A stretch of 63,833 nucleotides of DNA, the filler included, from Octopus bimaculoides (Eukaryota): NCBI RefSeq assembly GCF_001194135.2. It is 5 parts of 5 records of this genome, joined end to end, with 100 filler letters (N's around TTAATTAATTAA, not from the genome) between each part and the next. Parts side by side here need not be neighbours in the genome. Positions count along the whole stretch, not along the records: positions 41,198 to 63,833 come from NC_068984.1; 4 more parts are not named here. One strand, 5' to 3'. Both the position numbers and the translations under genes were made by a program. Numbering within the stretch: position 1 is the first letter of the stretch; each line of letters starts with the position of its first letter. A model generated the notes under the pieces. That model ran no database searches. It saw only the letters and a list, made by a program, of their open reading frames with translations, and was not told the origin of the DNA. Positions 41,198 through 53,456 of this stretch are shown here, one piece after another.

Positions 41198-44100
41198 AAT
41201 CCAGCCCACAATAGAAAATCTGGATGTAATCCTCAAGGCATCCTACATACAAATCAAAGGTTCCATCGAAACCTCCAGACTAACCTAAACTTTTGGAAAC
41301 CAATACCTACCAATCCACCCCCATCATCTCACAATAAATGGAAGAATTTACCTCTGAAACTTAACCCTCAACATGGTTACTTCAATCATTCAACTAGACA
41401 CAACCTAACTAGACAACATAACTTCTCCCTCCACCCACATTACAATGTTAAAAATAAATTCAACCCAAACCACATCAACCATAGACAATATAACAACCCT
41501 CTATACAACCATAATCTAGCCTGTTACACAGTCACTCCACCACAAACATACTTTCCACCCACTTTCTCCTCTGCAAACCAAACACAATACAGACTTTCTA
41601 CAACAATCCACCTACGACAACCATTTTTTAGACCTAAATCAGAGAAACAGAGATGTGAAATGGAACAAAATGTACAAGAACAACTGAAAATAATCAACTT
41701 ATCACAGAAAATCCTAAGTATTACACAGACTAAAATTCTAGCAAGAGGTTTAAAGTTTACTCCAACCCCTTGCAGATCAAACCCGAATTAAATTAAGGAT
41801 AACACTACGGATTTCTGCCAAAAATTACACCTCACAGAAGCACTTCACTACTACACCAGCGAAGATGAATCAATAGTAAAAAACAAAAGTGAATACTGTC
41901 CTACAAAAGGAAGAAATAAAGCACTTGATGCTTTTTGTGAACACATTACCAGTTTTCCTTTTAATACCCTACAAAAACAACGAATTAAATCCAACCTTAA
42001 TGTAAATGAATTAAAAGACCTAATCAAATTAAAAAATGATATAAACCTCACCATTAAAGAAATCGACAAAGGAAGTGCGGTAGTGGTGATGGACACAGAG
42101 TACTACAAAAAGTTAATACTCTCTATGTTGGAAAATAATATTTACTATGAGAAGATAGTACAATACAACCCACAGAAGAAACTTAAAAAATTATCCTCTT
42201 TACTTCAACTACATGGAAAGGGCCTCGCTAAACATGAAATTGACTATTTATCCAATTTTAAATACGGACCTTGTCCATTCTATGGATTACCTTAAATACA
42301 CAAAAATCTACATATTTGTAAAGCTTGCAAAGTTTCTTCAAGCCTATGCATTAATGTCCCTCCCCCTACTGACCTCAAACTGAGACCCATCATTGCTGGC
42401 CCTGCTTATGAAACCCACCGTTTGAGCAACTTCCTTGACATCTTACTCAAACCATTTCTAAAATATGTGAAAAGCATCATCAAAGATGACATGCTTAACC
42501 ACCTGCCGAAGACAATAAATGAAGGAACCCTGTTAGTATCATTCAATGTGGTGAATTTGTACACCAATATTCCACATGATTATGGTATAGAAGCGATCAC
42601 CTTCTGGCTAGAAAGATACCCAGAAGAGATCCCAGGACGCATCAACCACAGATTCATAATCGCAGCACTCAAATTCATCCTACTGAACAACTATTTCATG
42701 TCCGATACAGTTTACTATGAACAAAAATGTGGAATTGCAATGGGAACCCGAGCTGCTCCAGTGATTGCGATCCTTGCCCAGAGCTTAAAATATATCAATC
42801 ATCACTACAAAAATATGGTACTTCTTTTCATTGCTATTTAAAGGAGAACTGGAAGAGGTATTTGGACGATCGCTTTATACTTTGGAAAGACAGCATGGAC
42901 AAACTCCTTGATTTCAAAATAATGCTTTACAATATTAATAGCAACATACAATTCACCATGGAACACAGCAGTAAACAACTCCCTTTTCTTGACATCCTAA
43001 TTAAAATAGTCAATAACCACATCAAAACAGACATCTTCTATCAACCCACAGATTCTAAACAATGCCTATTATTCAACTCATGCCACCCCAAAAAACCAAA
43101 AAACATAAAAATTAATATAACTTATAATCTAGTGAAAAGAATCTGTACCATAGTTTCGGACACCTATACTTGTGAACGAAGACTCCTTGAATTCAGATCA
43201 ACACTAATGAAAAGACATTACCCAATATCATTAATAAATAATAGAATTAAACGAGCTAAGAAAATAGATATACGAACATTAAGGGAAGTCAACCAAAATA
43301 CTAAACCAGACTCAAAAATACTCCCATACATCTCCACACATAACCCTAGAAACAACGAAGCCTTTAACATTATCATACAAAATCTACCCATCCTCACAAG
43401 AAATAAAACAATGAACAAAATTTCAGGCTCACACAAAATTATCAAAAGCAAAATGCAACCTAAATCATTGGAAAAAAATATTAACCAGCGCAAGACTATA
43501 TCCATTAACAACAGAACCAAAAATGAAAAAATGTGGTCGACCTAACTGTGGTACTTGCCCCCACCTTTTGGAGGGTTCAGAGTTCCACTTTAAACAAGGT
43601 GAAATATTTAAGATTAAATCAAATGTCACCTGTGTCTCGGAAAATCTAATCTATGCCATTACATGCTTAGGGTGTGGTAATAATTATATTGGCCAAACAG
43701 GAATATCTCTCTGTCGAAGAACCACTCTCCACAAAGAACAAATCCGCCACCTGTAGGTGGCGGATTTGTTCTTTGTGGAGAGATACAGGTCAGTGGACAT
43801 ATAGAAAGGTGTGCGAGGAATCTTAATCCTAATTTCCTAATTTTTCCCTTCTATCAATGTTTACAGAACACCTCAATACAACAAAGACTGAATAAAGAGG
43901 CAACTTTCATCAATAAATATCTCCCACAACTAAATATGAACACATAACATAATACAGAACACTACTAACCTTTCAATTAATACCACTATCCCCCATACAT
44001 CCTATACACCATTCACATTACAGATATATATCTACCCTAATTGCACCAAATCCAGAACTACTTACCTCCCTTACACATAATCTTTTTACTCAGGGACTAG

Positions 44101-44240
44101 TTGACCTGACACCGTTCAGTATTCGGTGTGCATTCAAAGCAATGATTAGTAACATTACGAAACCGGTATGTTTTTGAATCTCTTTAACAATTCACAATAA
44201 TGACTTTTATTACTTTTATTCCTACCTCAGTTCATCTAAT
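41198..44240 (+). mobile_element. Penelope-like retroelement, Neptune-type, near full length, with stops and frameshifts
   Basis: IINLSQKIL..LARGLKFTPTP, IDKGSAVVVMD, LRPII, LYTNIPH, GIAMGT, YLDD, LPFLD; linker Zn motif CGRPNCGTC; GIY-YIG NLIYAITCLGCGNNYIGQT. Confidence 0.92.
44132..44179 (+). ncRNA. Decayed minimal type I hammerhead-like motif at the 3' end of the Neptune-type PLE
   Basis: Stem I attcaaagca/tgtttttgaat; core ATGATTA (2 changes from CTGATGA); stem II gta-acat-tac; GAAA-CCGG-TA with palindromic stem III. Confidence 0.55.
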
Positions 44241-44367
44241 TGTATATATCTATCGTTACTTTTCATAAAAAGCCTTTACTTTTTTTGATTTCCAAAGGGC
44301 ATTTTCGCTTATTTTTCTTCTTACTTTCCCCCTACATTTCCATGTGTAGTTTCTATTTTGTTTTTGT

Positions 44368-46186
44368 ATACCTAGCCAAGGATAAACCTCTGTACCTGGC
44401 TTTCGTTGACATGGAGAAAGCCTTTGACAGGGTCCCCCGATCCCTCATCTGGTGGTCAATGAGGAAACTAGGGATAGAAGAATGTGCGAGCCACGTACAG
44501 AGACGCTGTCAGTAAGGTGAGGGTTGGCAACAAGTACAGTGAGGGTTGGCAACAAGTACAGTGAGGGTTGGCAACAAGTACAGTGAAGAATTCCAGGTAG
44601 AAGTAGGGGTCCTCAGCCCCCTCCTATTTATCATAGTCCTCCAGGCGATAACAGAAGAATTCAAGACAGAATGCCCCTGGGAGCTCCTCTATGCTGATGA
44701 CCTTGCACTAATTGCTGAGTCACTATCAGAACTAGAGGAGAAGTTTCAGGTGTGGAAGCAAGGACTAGAATCGAAGGGCCTTAGAATCAACCTAGCTAAA
44801 AATTAGGACCAAAGTCCTAATAAGTAGGAAGGTAGAAAAAACACAAACCCCTTCAGGTAGTAGGCCCTGCTCGATCTGTTAAAAAGGCATAAATAGAAAC
44901 TCCATAAGATGTATCCAATGTAAGCTATGGACATATAAGAGGTGCAGCAATATCAAAGGAAGGCTAACTAGCAAGATAGTTTTTGTATGTGGCAGATGCT
45001 CAGGAGCAATAAACAATGAAAATGTGCAGAGAACAACTTCTGCCACATTCCAGGGAGAAAAACTAGAAGTAGTTGATANNNNNNNNNNNNNNNNNNNNNN
45101 NNNNNNNNNNNNNNNNNNNNNNNNNNNNNNNNNNNNNNNNNNNNNNNNNNNNNNNNNNNNNNNNNNNNNNNNNNNNNNNNNNNNNNNNNNNNNNNNNNNN
45201 NNNNNNNNNNNNNNNNNNNNNNNNNNNNNNNNNNNNNNNNNNNNNNNNNNNNNNNNNNNNNNNNNNNNNNNNNNNNNNNNNNNNNNNNNNNNNNNNNNNN
45301 NNNNNNNNNNNNNNNNNNNNNNNNNNNNNNNNNNNNNNNNNNNNNNNNNNNNNNNNNNNNNNNNNNNNNNNNNNNNNNNNNNNNNNNNNNNNNNNNNNNN
45401 NNNNNNNNNNNNNNNNNNNNNNNNNNNNNNNNNNNNNNNNNNNNNNNNNNNNNNNNNNNNNNNNNNNNNNNNNNNNNNNNNNNNNNNNNNNNNNNNNNNN
45501 NNNNNNNNNNNNNNNNNNNNNNNNNNNNNNNNNNNNNNNNNNNNNNNNNNNNNNNNNNNNNNNNNNNNNNNNNNNNNNNNNNNGAACATTAGGCCTCACC
45601 GAGGCACTGACTTGTGACCGAGACCTTTGGAAATATGCTGTGCGTGAGAAGACTCGGCAAGCCAAGTGAGACCAAAATCCAAGGCCTCTGCCAGGGATGT
45701 AGCCAACCCACTTATGCATACCTTTCCTTCATTGGACACTAAACTCCACTTGCGAAGACCTGTTGAGGCAAGTGAAATCGAAATCAAACTAAATTCGATG
45801 ACTGGCCCCCATGCCAACGTCTCCTTCATTGGAGACTAAACTTTGCTTGTGATGACCTGTTGGGGCAAGCAAAAGCGAAATTGTGATGGCACCACCGTTC
45901 GAGCGTGATCGTTACCAGCGTCGCGTTACTAGCACTTGTGCCGGTGGTACGTGAAAAGTCATTCAAGTGAGATCATTACCAATGCCACCAGACTGGCTCC
46001 TGTGCTGGTGGCACGTAAAAGCACCCACTACACTCTCGTAGTGGTTGGCGTTAGGAAGGGCATCCAGCTGTAGAAACTCTGCCAAATCAGATTGGAGCCT
46101 GGTGTAGCCATCTGGTTCACCAATCCTCAGTCAAATCGTCCAACCCATGCTAGCATAGAAAGCGGACATTAAACGATGATGATGAT
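44368..46186 (+). mobile_element. 5'-truncated RTE-type LINE: RT C-terminal half, 3'UTR and (GAT)n tail
   Basis: LYLAFVDMEKAFDRVPR, LSPLLFIIVL, LLYADDLALIAES, Cys-rich insert, ...DRDLWKYAVREKTRQAK*; gap at 45079-45583. Confidence 0.92.
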
Positions 46187-46360
46187 ATATTGGGCAAATC
46201 AAAAATTAAAATAAAAACATTTATGATATAGCTGCCATTACTTTTTCTTTTCTTTTATTTTTATTTATATTTTTATTTATTTTTATGTATTCTTATTTTT
46301 TACCCTTTTACCACTACCTTATTTTTTAATCCTTTCTTGTATCTCTCTTTCTCCTCTCTA

Positions 46361-46392
<32 letters not shown>

Positions 46393-46790
46393 TCACAAAA
46401 CTCACTTATATCCATCATACTTTCTTGCTTCATAAACACTTTACAATCGTTCAGAATACTGCCAAAATACTGCCTGGATTTACCTGGGATTTTAACTAAA
46501 AACCGGTACATTCATGGAAGTACTGACCAGCATCCATACCCTCTGGAAAAAGATGAGTTGTGAGCATTATGCTCCTGCCTATATTCTTCTAGCTACTGTT
46601 ACTCTTTATTTTTCTATTTTTTCCCTTATAAACTGTGAATCTTATAAACTGTGAACGGACATGCTAACCTACCATTTGGGTTATCTCAGAGACTGTTGTA
46701 AGACTTCAAATTCACCTCACCCTAATTAAATTATTCTAAATGACTTGAGATACTTGTTCTGCCTTGGTTTTGATTTTTCCTCTAATATAA

Positions 46791-47319
46791 TCTCTATATA
46801 TAAACCTGAGAATGTGTGTGCGTCTGTCAGTTGGTCTGTATGTGTGCATCACAAAAACTAAAGAACTACCCAACCGATTTCTTTCAAATTTTACACATGC
46901 CTTACTTAGGGTCCATGCAGTGTCAAGAGTCAACAAAATGTTCAACTTCTTGCCTAATGTGAGCCTGGAGCAATCTCTTATCTCTTACACTATTTCAGTA
47001 TTACATGTCAAAAGTGAATGAATAACATCTCTGTTGTATTGTGAGATACTTTCAGTTTCAATAGTGAAGCTATAAATACTTTCACTATGTATATTTATAT
47101 TAGTTTCAATTCTAATACTTTCATTATGAAATATTTATGTATATATATTATGTATGTATATGTATGCATGTATATATGTATGCATACATATAAATGTATA
47201 TATATGTGTGTGTGTATGTATATATATGCATATGTATGTATATATGTATATATATATGTACATATATGTATGTATATGTGTATATATATGTATATATGCA
47301 TATATATATGTTATATATA

Positions 47320-47366
<47 letters not shown>

Positions 47367-48983
47367 ACGAACACGACACAATGAAGTAGAGAAATTTGAA
47401 AAGACAACACGAAACCGGTTATTTCTCAAAATACAATGTTTATTTTCCAAAAAGATTTTATAACATTTTTCTGACATAATTTAAATATATACTTTAACCA
47501 TGTAACACAAGCCTTCTGTAGTTTTTTCACTCTTATTATCTTTTATATANNNNNNNNNNNNNNNNNNNNNNNNNNNNNNNNNNNNNNNNNNNNNNNNNNN
47601 NNNNNNNNNNNNNNNNNNNNNNNNNNNNNNNNNNNNNNNNNNNNNNNNNNNNNNNNNNNNNNNNNNNNNNNNNNNNNNNNNNNNNNNNNNNNNNNNNNNN
47701 NNNNNNNNNNNNNNNNNNNNNNNNNNNNNNNNNNNNNNNNNNNNNNNNNNNNNNNNNNNNNNNNNNNNNNNNNNNNNNNNNNNNNNNNNNNNNNNNNNNN
47801 NNNNNNNNNNNNNNNNNNNNNNNNNNNNNNNNNNNNNNNNNNNNNNNNNNNNNNNNNNNNNNNNNNNNNNNNNNNNNNNNNNNNNNNNNNNNNNNNNNNN
47901 NNNNNNNNNNNNNNNNNNNNNNNNNNNNNNNNNNNNNNNNNNNNNNNNNNNNNNNNNNNNNNNNNNNNNNNNNNNNNNNNNNNNNNNNNNNNNNNNNNNN
48001 NNNNNNNNNNNNNNNNNNNNNNNNNNNNNNNNNNNNNNNNNNNNNNNNNNNNNNNNNNNNNNNNNNNNNNNNNNNNNNNNNNNNNNNNNNNNNNNNNNNN
48101 NNNNNNNNNNNNNNNNNNNNNNNNNNNNNNNNNNNNNNNNNNNNNNNNNNNNNNNNNNNNNNNNNNNNNNNNNNNNNNNNNNNNNNNNNNNNNNNNNNNN
48201 NNNCCGATCTGACATTGAAAAAATTTATTTCGGCTCCCCTTTGTTGATGAAAAATTTAATCCAGCTTCCCATGTATCTGAGATAGACCGGCCGCCCCATG
48301 ACAAATCTGACAAAAAGGGGACCCACAGAACTACCAGTTCACGAACTGCATCTGAAAGTTGGCGTGCCAATCATGCTGCTAAGGAATTTAGATGCTCCAA
48401 TAATGTGCAATGGTACGCGGATGATTATCAAAAAATTGTACTCCCGAGTTCTGTAGGCAACAATCTTGAATGAACCGGCCTCTGGCTAAGACATACTTAT
48501 AACTCCCATGTCCCTTACCCACTCCGATACGATCTACAAGTTTAAATAGATGCAATTTCCCATCAAACTCTGCTTTGCCATGACAATCAACAAGGTGCAG
48601 GGACAATCAGTGCGAGCGGTTGGTTTGAATCTGACAGAGCAAGTATTCTCACACGCACAACTGTACGTTGGCTGTCCCCATGGTCTTTCTATTTGTGCAC
48701 CTGAGGGAAGGACGAAGAATGTTGTCTACCAAGAGGCACTCCAATGATAACAACGGCAACTTCAACTGCTCCAATTTCAACTCCGCAATTTTTTCATCGT
48801 CCTGCCAGATAACGTACATCCAGTCTTGCTTTGCTCTCCTTACTAACTCACCATGACATTCTTTTTTTTCTACCAAGATCCGTCGCCCAAACACCACTTC
48901 GTATCCACTTCTTCCTCTTTTTTATGTCTTCGTTTCTCTCTTCGCGTCGTTCTCTGACCGGGTGAAACCGGGCTTAGCTGGTA

Positions 48984-48984
<1 letters not shown>
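46791..48984 (+). mobile_element. Internally deleted Helitron carrying a PIF1-like helicase C-terminal remnant (about 48330-48747)
   Basis: LKVGVPIMLLRNLD...CNGTR and QFPIKLCFAMTINKVQGQS...FSHAQLYVG with in-frame stops; 5' A|TCTCTATATATAAA; 3' weak ccgg-gtgaaa-ccgg hairpin then GTAG|T. The helicase call is firm and the termini are less certain. Confidence 0.8.
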
Positions 48985-49018
<34 letters not shown>

Positions 49019-49374
49019 AGTGTGTGTGTATATGTATGTGAATATATGTGTGTGTATGTAGATATGTATATGTATATGTGTAATATACATATACATATAT
49101 ATATATGTATACATATGTGCATATATATATATATCTATAGATATTTGTCTATATATATTCATAAGTGCAAGAGTGGTTGTGTGGTAAGTAGCTCACTTAC
49201 CAACCACATGATTCTGATGTTGGTGTGTTTACGTCCCCATAACTTAGTGGTTTGGCAAAAAGAGACTGATAGAATAAGTACTAGGCTTACAAAGAGTAAG
49301 TCCTGGGGTCAATTTGCTTGACTAAAGGCAGTGCTCCAACATGGCTGCAGTCAAATGACAGAAACAAATAAAAG

Positions 49375-51490
49375 AGTATGTGTATATCTGTAAATATAAT
49401 ATGTGACAATAATTCGGTAGCCATGATAAAACTCCGAGTTTCGGAAGTTGGGGCGGAAACCGCCGCCGCCATCTCTTCAGTTATCGGGCCATCAAAAACA
49501 ATGCTATGAAAATGACCATTAAAGAAAGGGAAATTACTGTATGATTGACGGTTATTAAGACAAAAGAGCTATTAGAATGACTGCTAAGTAAGGGGAGGGA
49601 GTAAAGGTAAGGGAGTAAATATGTTCATAGTAATTGCGTAAGCGTGCATATCCATACATACACATGCACACCCACGTACATGTGCCCATATGTATATTAC
49701 TCATCCACCCTCACTTGAAACACACATGCTCACCCACACATTCGCCAAAAAGTATACACATACCCACATACACGCTCGCACACACATACATGCACACAAA
49801 AAGGTTCATACACACGTCTATATACGCACAGGCACAAAGAAAATCAGAGCTAAAGGCAAAATACATAAAAACGTGTAAAAAAAAGCAATAAGAGTAAAAC
49901 ACATCTATACACACACATACTCATATGCACGCACACACACACACACATCTATATACGCACGTGCAGCAGAAAAAACAGGGCTAAAGGCAAAATACAGAAA
50001 AATGTGTAAAAAATAAGCAATAAGAGTAAAACACGTCTATATACACACATACTCACATGCATGCACACACATACACACGTCTATATATGCACATACCTGC
50101 ACACATCCACATGCACGCACAAAAGATTCCATATATATGTCTATATATGCACAGGAAAAATGCTGGGTAGAATATAGAAAAAATATGTGTGAAAAATGTA
50201 TGAGCAATAAACCTATAAAACAATATCTCTATAAATATGTAAAAAAATATATAAGAAATATAAGTATAAAGTATAGAGAGATAAAAAGCTTGTAACTGGA
50301 CACAATATAGAAAGCAAATCCTATCTGTAATCTGGGGAGGGGGACCAAAAACGTAACAAATATTTAGCCACATGTGGACATGAACCGGAAAGTTCAGATC
50401 TTGAATTTAGACATGTGGCGGGGTCTAAGCTACTTTTCCAGATGAGCTATCTTTCCATATCACAAAGGCTGCACTTTCCACTGCCATTGGTGTAGGGCTT
50501 ACACTTGGCTAAGATATTCCAATGGATGTTGTAACTGACACCTTTATCTTTTAAGGACCATATATGACTGTATAATTTGATCGTTTTCCTTTTATCCCAG
50601 TGCCTGAAGCTCAAGGTGTGATTATTGAACCTGGCTTTGAAATTACCTTCTGTAAGGCCCACATATTTCTTCATCAAAACCGTGTCCTTAGTGGACTCTA
50701 TAGTCCACGGTGGCTTCATAAATGATGGTCTTGGACATGCAAGCTCCATTTAGTGGGCACAAATTTTTATTCCTGCATGAACAGCTGGTTTCACATTGTG
50801 ATTTTTGTGTGTTGTGTGCGATTATATTTTTAAAATTAGTAGTCGAGCTGAAACTGATTCTTAAGTTATGTCTATTGAAGAGCTTTCTGTAACTATGGTT
50901 GACTGGAAAATGTCTATCTATCAGTGCTAAGAAATACTTGCCTATTTTAAAGGTCACTTCGAGTGAGTAGGGGATGTGAACCAGATAGTTTTCCTATTCC
51001 TAAGTTTCCTTTTCTTTATTATCGGGCTGGTGGCAGGTGTATAGGTTATTTCCTTGCTAAATCTACTATCTTTTAGAACTTATTATATACTGGGGCAACG
51101 CTATTAAAAATGTCCCTATTGGAGGAGAGGCTAGAAATTCTTTTGCTAATGTTTTTAACTAAATTTTTAAACACTATAGGGGGATGGCAGGAACTCACAT
51201 TAATATAACTAAGTCTATCGTTGGGCTTCCTATAAGGTATATAAATATTCTTATTCAGATCTAAGGATACACCTAGGAAATTGACAACTGTCAGGTTGGT
51301 ATCTGTAGTTATGCTAAGACCAAAAGTTTTCATCAAATGGATAATGTCCTTCCTAAACCGATCCTGTGCTGGTCCATTGGTATTTGCAGTTAAAGCTAGG
51401 GTATCATCTTTGTAAATAGCGAAGTATACATAAGGAAAAGTCTTGCCCAAAATATCGAGTATGAATAGTCCAAAAAGATCGCATGTTTCC
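49375..51490 (-). mobile_element. Penelope-like element (DKT-type), 3' half: RT thumb, GIY-YIG, 3'UTR and terminal repeat
   Basis: AIYKDDTL...VVNFLGVSLDL...YRKPND...HPP; CSCRNKNLCPLNGAC; YVGLTEGNFKARFNNH...IWSLKD...CSLC; terminal repeat at 49375-49575. Confidence 0.88.
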
Positions 51491-51576
51491 TTTTCTTTAT
51501 TATTGGACTGAAGGCAGGTGTATAGGTTATTTCCTCGCTAAATCCACTATCTTTTAGAGCCTTGCCTTATTATATA

Positions 51577-53240
51577 CTAATAGCTCTTTTTTCTTAATCA
51601 TGGTCAATCATACAGTAATTTCCCTTTGTTTAACGGTCATTTTCATAGCATTGTTTTCAATGGCTCGATAACTGAAGAGATGGCGGCATGGGTTTCCACC
51701 CTGACATCCGAAACTCTGAGTTTTATCATGGCTACCGAATAATTGTCACATATTATATTTACAGATAAATTTGCATAATATCGAGGTCTCTTTCATTGTT
51801 TTGTTGTCTTACCATTTCTATCAATAAGTCACCTCCCGTACACTGCTATTTTTCCATAAGGGCTAAAACAGCTTATTTTGGAAAATCGCCAGAAATCGGT
51901 TGAGGACTCTGCCCCGCAGAAGAATTCAATATGGACGCCTAATACATCGATTATTCTATGAAAAAAATACCTATACCATCAAGGAAACTATACTCTAAGA
52001 AACTTTTGGAGAATATTACAGACTTTATTAAGTGCATGAGATGGAAAGCTTTCTTTTACAACATGGAAGAGGACACTACAGAGAATATATTCTATGGAAT
52101 TAAATCTAAGAAATTCCCTCCAAAAATCAAAGGCTTGGAAGACTTCGAAGCGGACCTACTGAAGCTCATGAACAAAATAAAATTTCGTAAGTCTTTTAAC
52201 ACTTTCAAACAGAAACTGAAAAAAGATATCAATTACATAAAAAAGTTAAAAAAAAAAGGTACTTTTTTTCCGATAAAACCAAGAACTTATACTTAGTAGA
52301 AAACAGCACATATTCACGACTTCTACACAACAGCATCATAAATAATTACACCAAGGCTACCACAAACCTATAATGAAATTAATAAAGAAGCTAGCATTAT
52401 CGCTGCCAGACTTAAATTAGATAAAAAAATAGGGGTCCTCCCCCAAAAAGAGGCCTTTATAACTATCAAAGACCATTAAAAAAACTTCCTATCTAATCCT
52501 AAATGTAGGCTTATTAACCCAGCTAAATCAGAACTTAGATTTGTTAGTAAAGAAATTTTAGGAAAAATCAATGCGAAAGTCAGGAATGCCACTAGGTTAG
52601 TACAATGGTCCAATAGTATAGAAGTTGTTGACTGGTTTAAAGCCATTAAGAATAAGAATAAAGTGAGATTCACGCAATTTTATATTGTCAGTTTTTATGC
52701 CTCTATCTCTAAGGAACTTCTAGATAAAGCCCTCACTTTTGCAAGTGAATCCATAGAAATAAGTACACAGGATAAGGATATAATCTTCCATGCTAGAAAG
52801 ACTTTACTCTTCAGCGAGAACACAAAGTGGGTCAAGACTACTGATACAGAGGGTGCTTTCGATGTGAGCATGGGGTCATATGATGGAGCAGGTATATGCG
52901 ATCTTTTTGGATTAGTCCTACCCGATATTTTGGGAAAGACTTTTCCTGGTGTATATTTCGCCATTTATAAAGATGATGCCCTAGCTTTAACCACAAATAC
53001 CAATGGACCAGCACAGGGTCGGTTTAGGAAGGACATTATCCATTTGATGAAAACTTTCGGTCTTAGCATAACTACAAATACCAACCTGATGGTTTCCGCC
53101 CCAACATCCGAAACTCTGAGTTTTATCATGGCTACCGAATAATTGTCACATATTATATGTACAGATAAATTGCTCTATTTACATATTATATGTACAGATA
53201 AATTCCTCTATTTACATAGAGGACCTCTTTCATTCTTTTG
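51577..53240 (+). mobile_element. Penelope-like element (DKT-type), terminal repeat plus 5' half of the ORF plus a partial terminal repeat
   Basis: KIPIPSRK..FIKCMRWKAFFY, SDKTKNLY (DKT in place of DKG), CRLINPAKSELRFVSK, FDVSMGSYDGAGICDL, IYKDDAL; the ORF breaks at about 53087 into the terminal repeat. Confidence 0.88.
51667..51727 (+). ncRNA. Type I hammerhead-like motif in the DKT-type PLE terminal repeat (second copy 49425-49485 minus; partial third at 53087-53127)
   Basis: Stem I gataa/ttatc; CTGAAGA; stem II gatg...catc plus one extra C; GAAA; stem III ctc-N-gag; GUU triplet. Confidence 0.6.
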
Positions 53241-53384
53241 TTGTCTTACCATTTCTATAAAAAAAAAATATATATATATATACATATATATGGATATTCT
53301 ATATATACGGGTGTCTGGGGGAAATTTCGAACCTAGGTTCTCATTCCTAAGGTGTTTTTTGATGTTATTATTATTATTGTTCAG

Positions 53385-53456
53385 GTCACTGCTTGGAATC
53401 GAACTCGGGATTTTGGGTTTAGTATTCCGTGCTCTTAACCACTACGCCATATGCCC
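53385..53456 (-). promoter_or_regulatory. tRNA-like Pol III internal promoter unit within the PLE terminal repeat (A-box-deleted copy at 54885-54950 plus)
   Basis: A box TGGCGTAGTGG; B box GAGTTCGATTCC; the plus copy has ggg-CTACTAA-ccc, resembling an anticodon arm. Confidence 0.65.

Noticed and set aside
53385-53456. Functional tRNA gene
   Set aside because: The acceptor stem does not pair and the unit is embedded in a retroelement repeat; recorded as tRNA-derived only. The same applies to all SINE heads.
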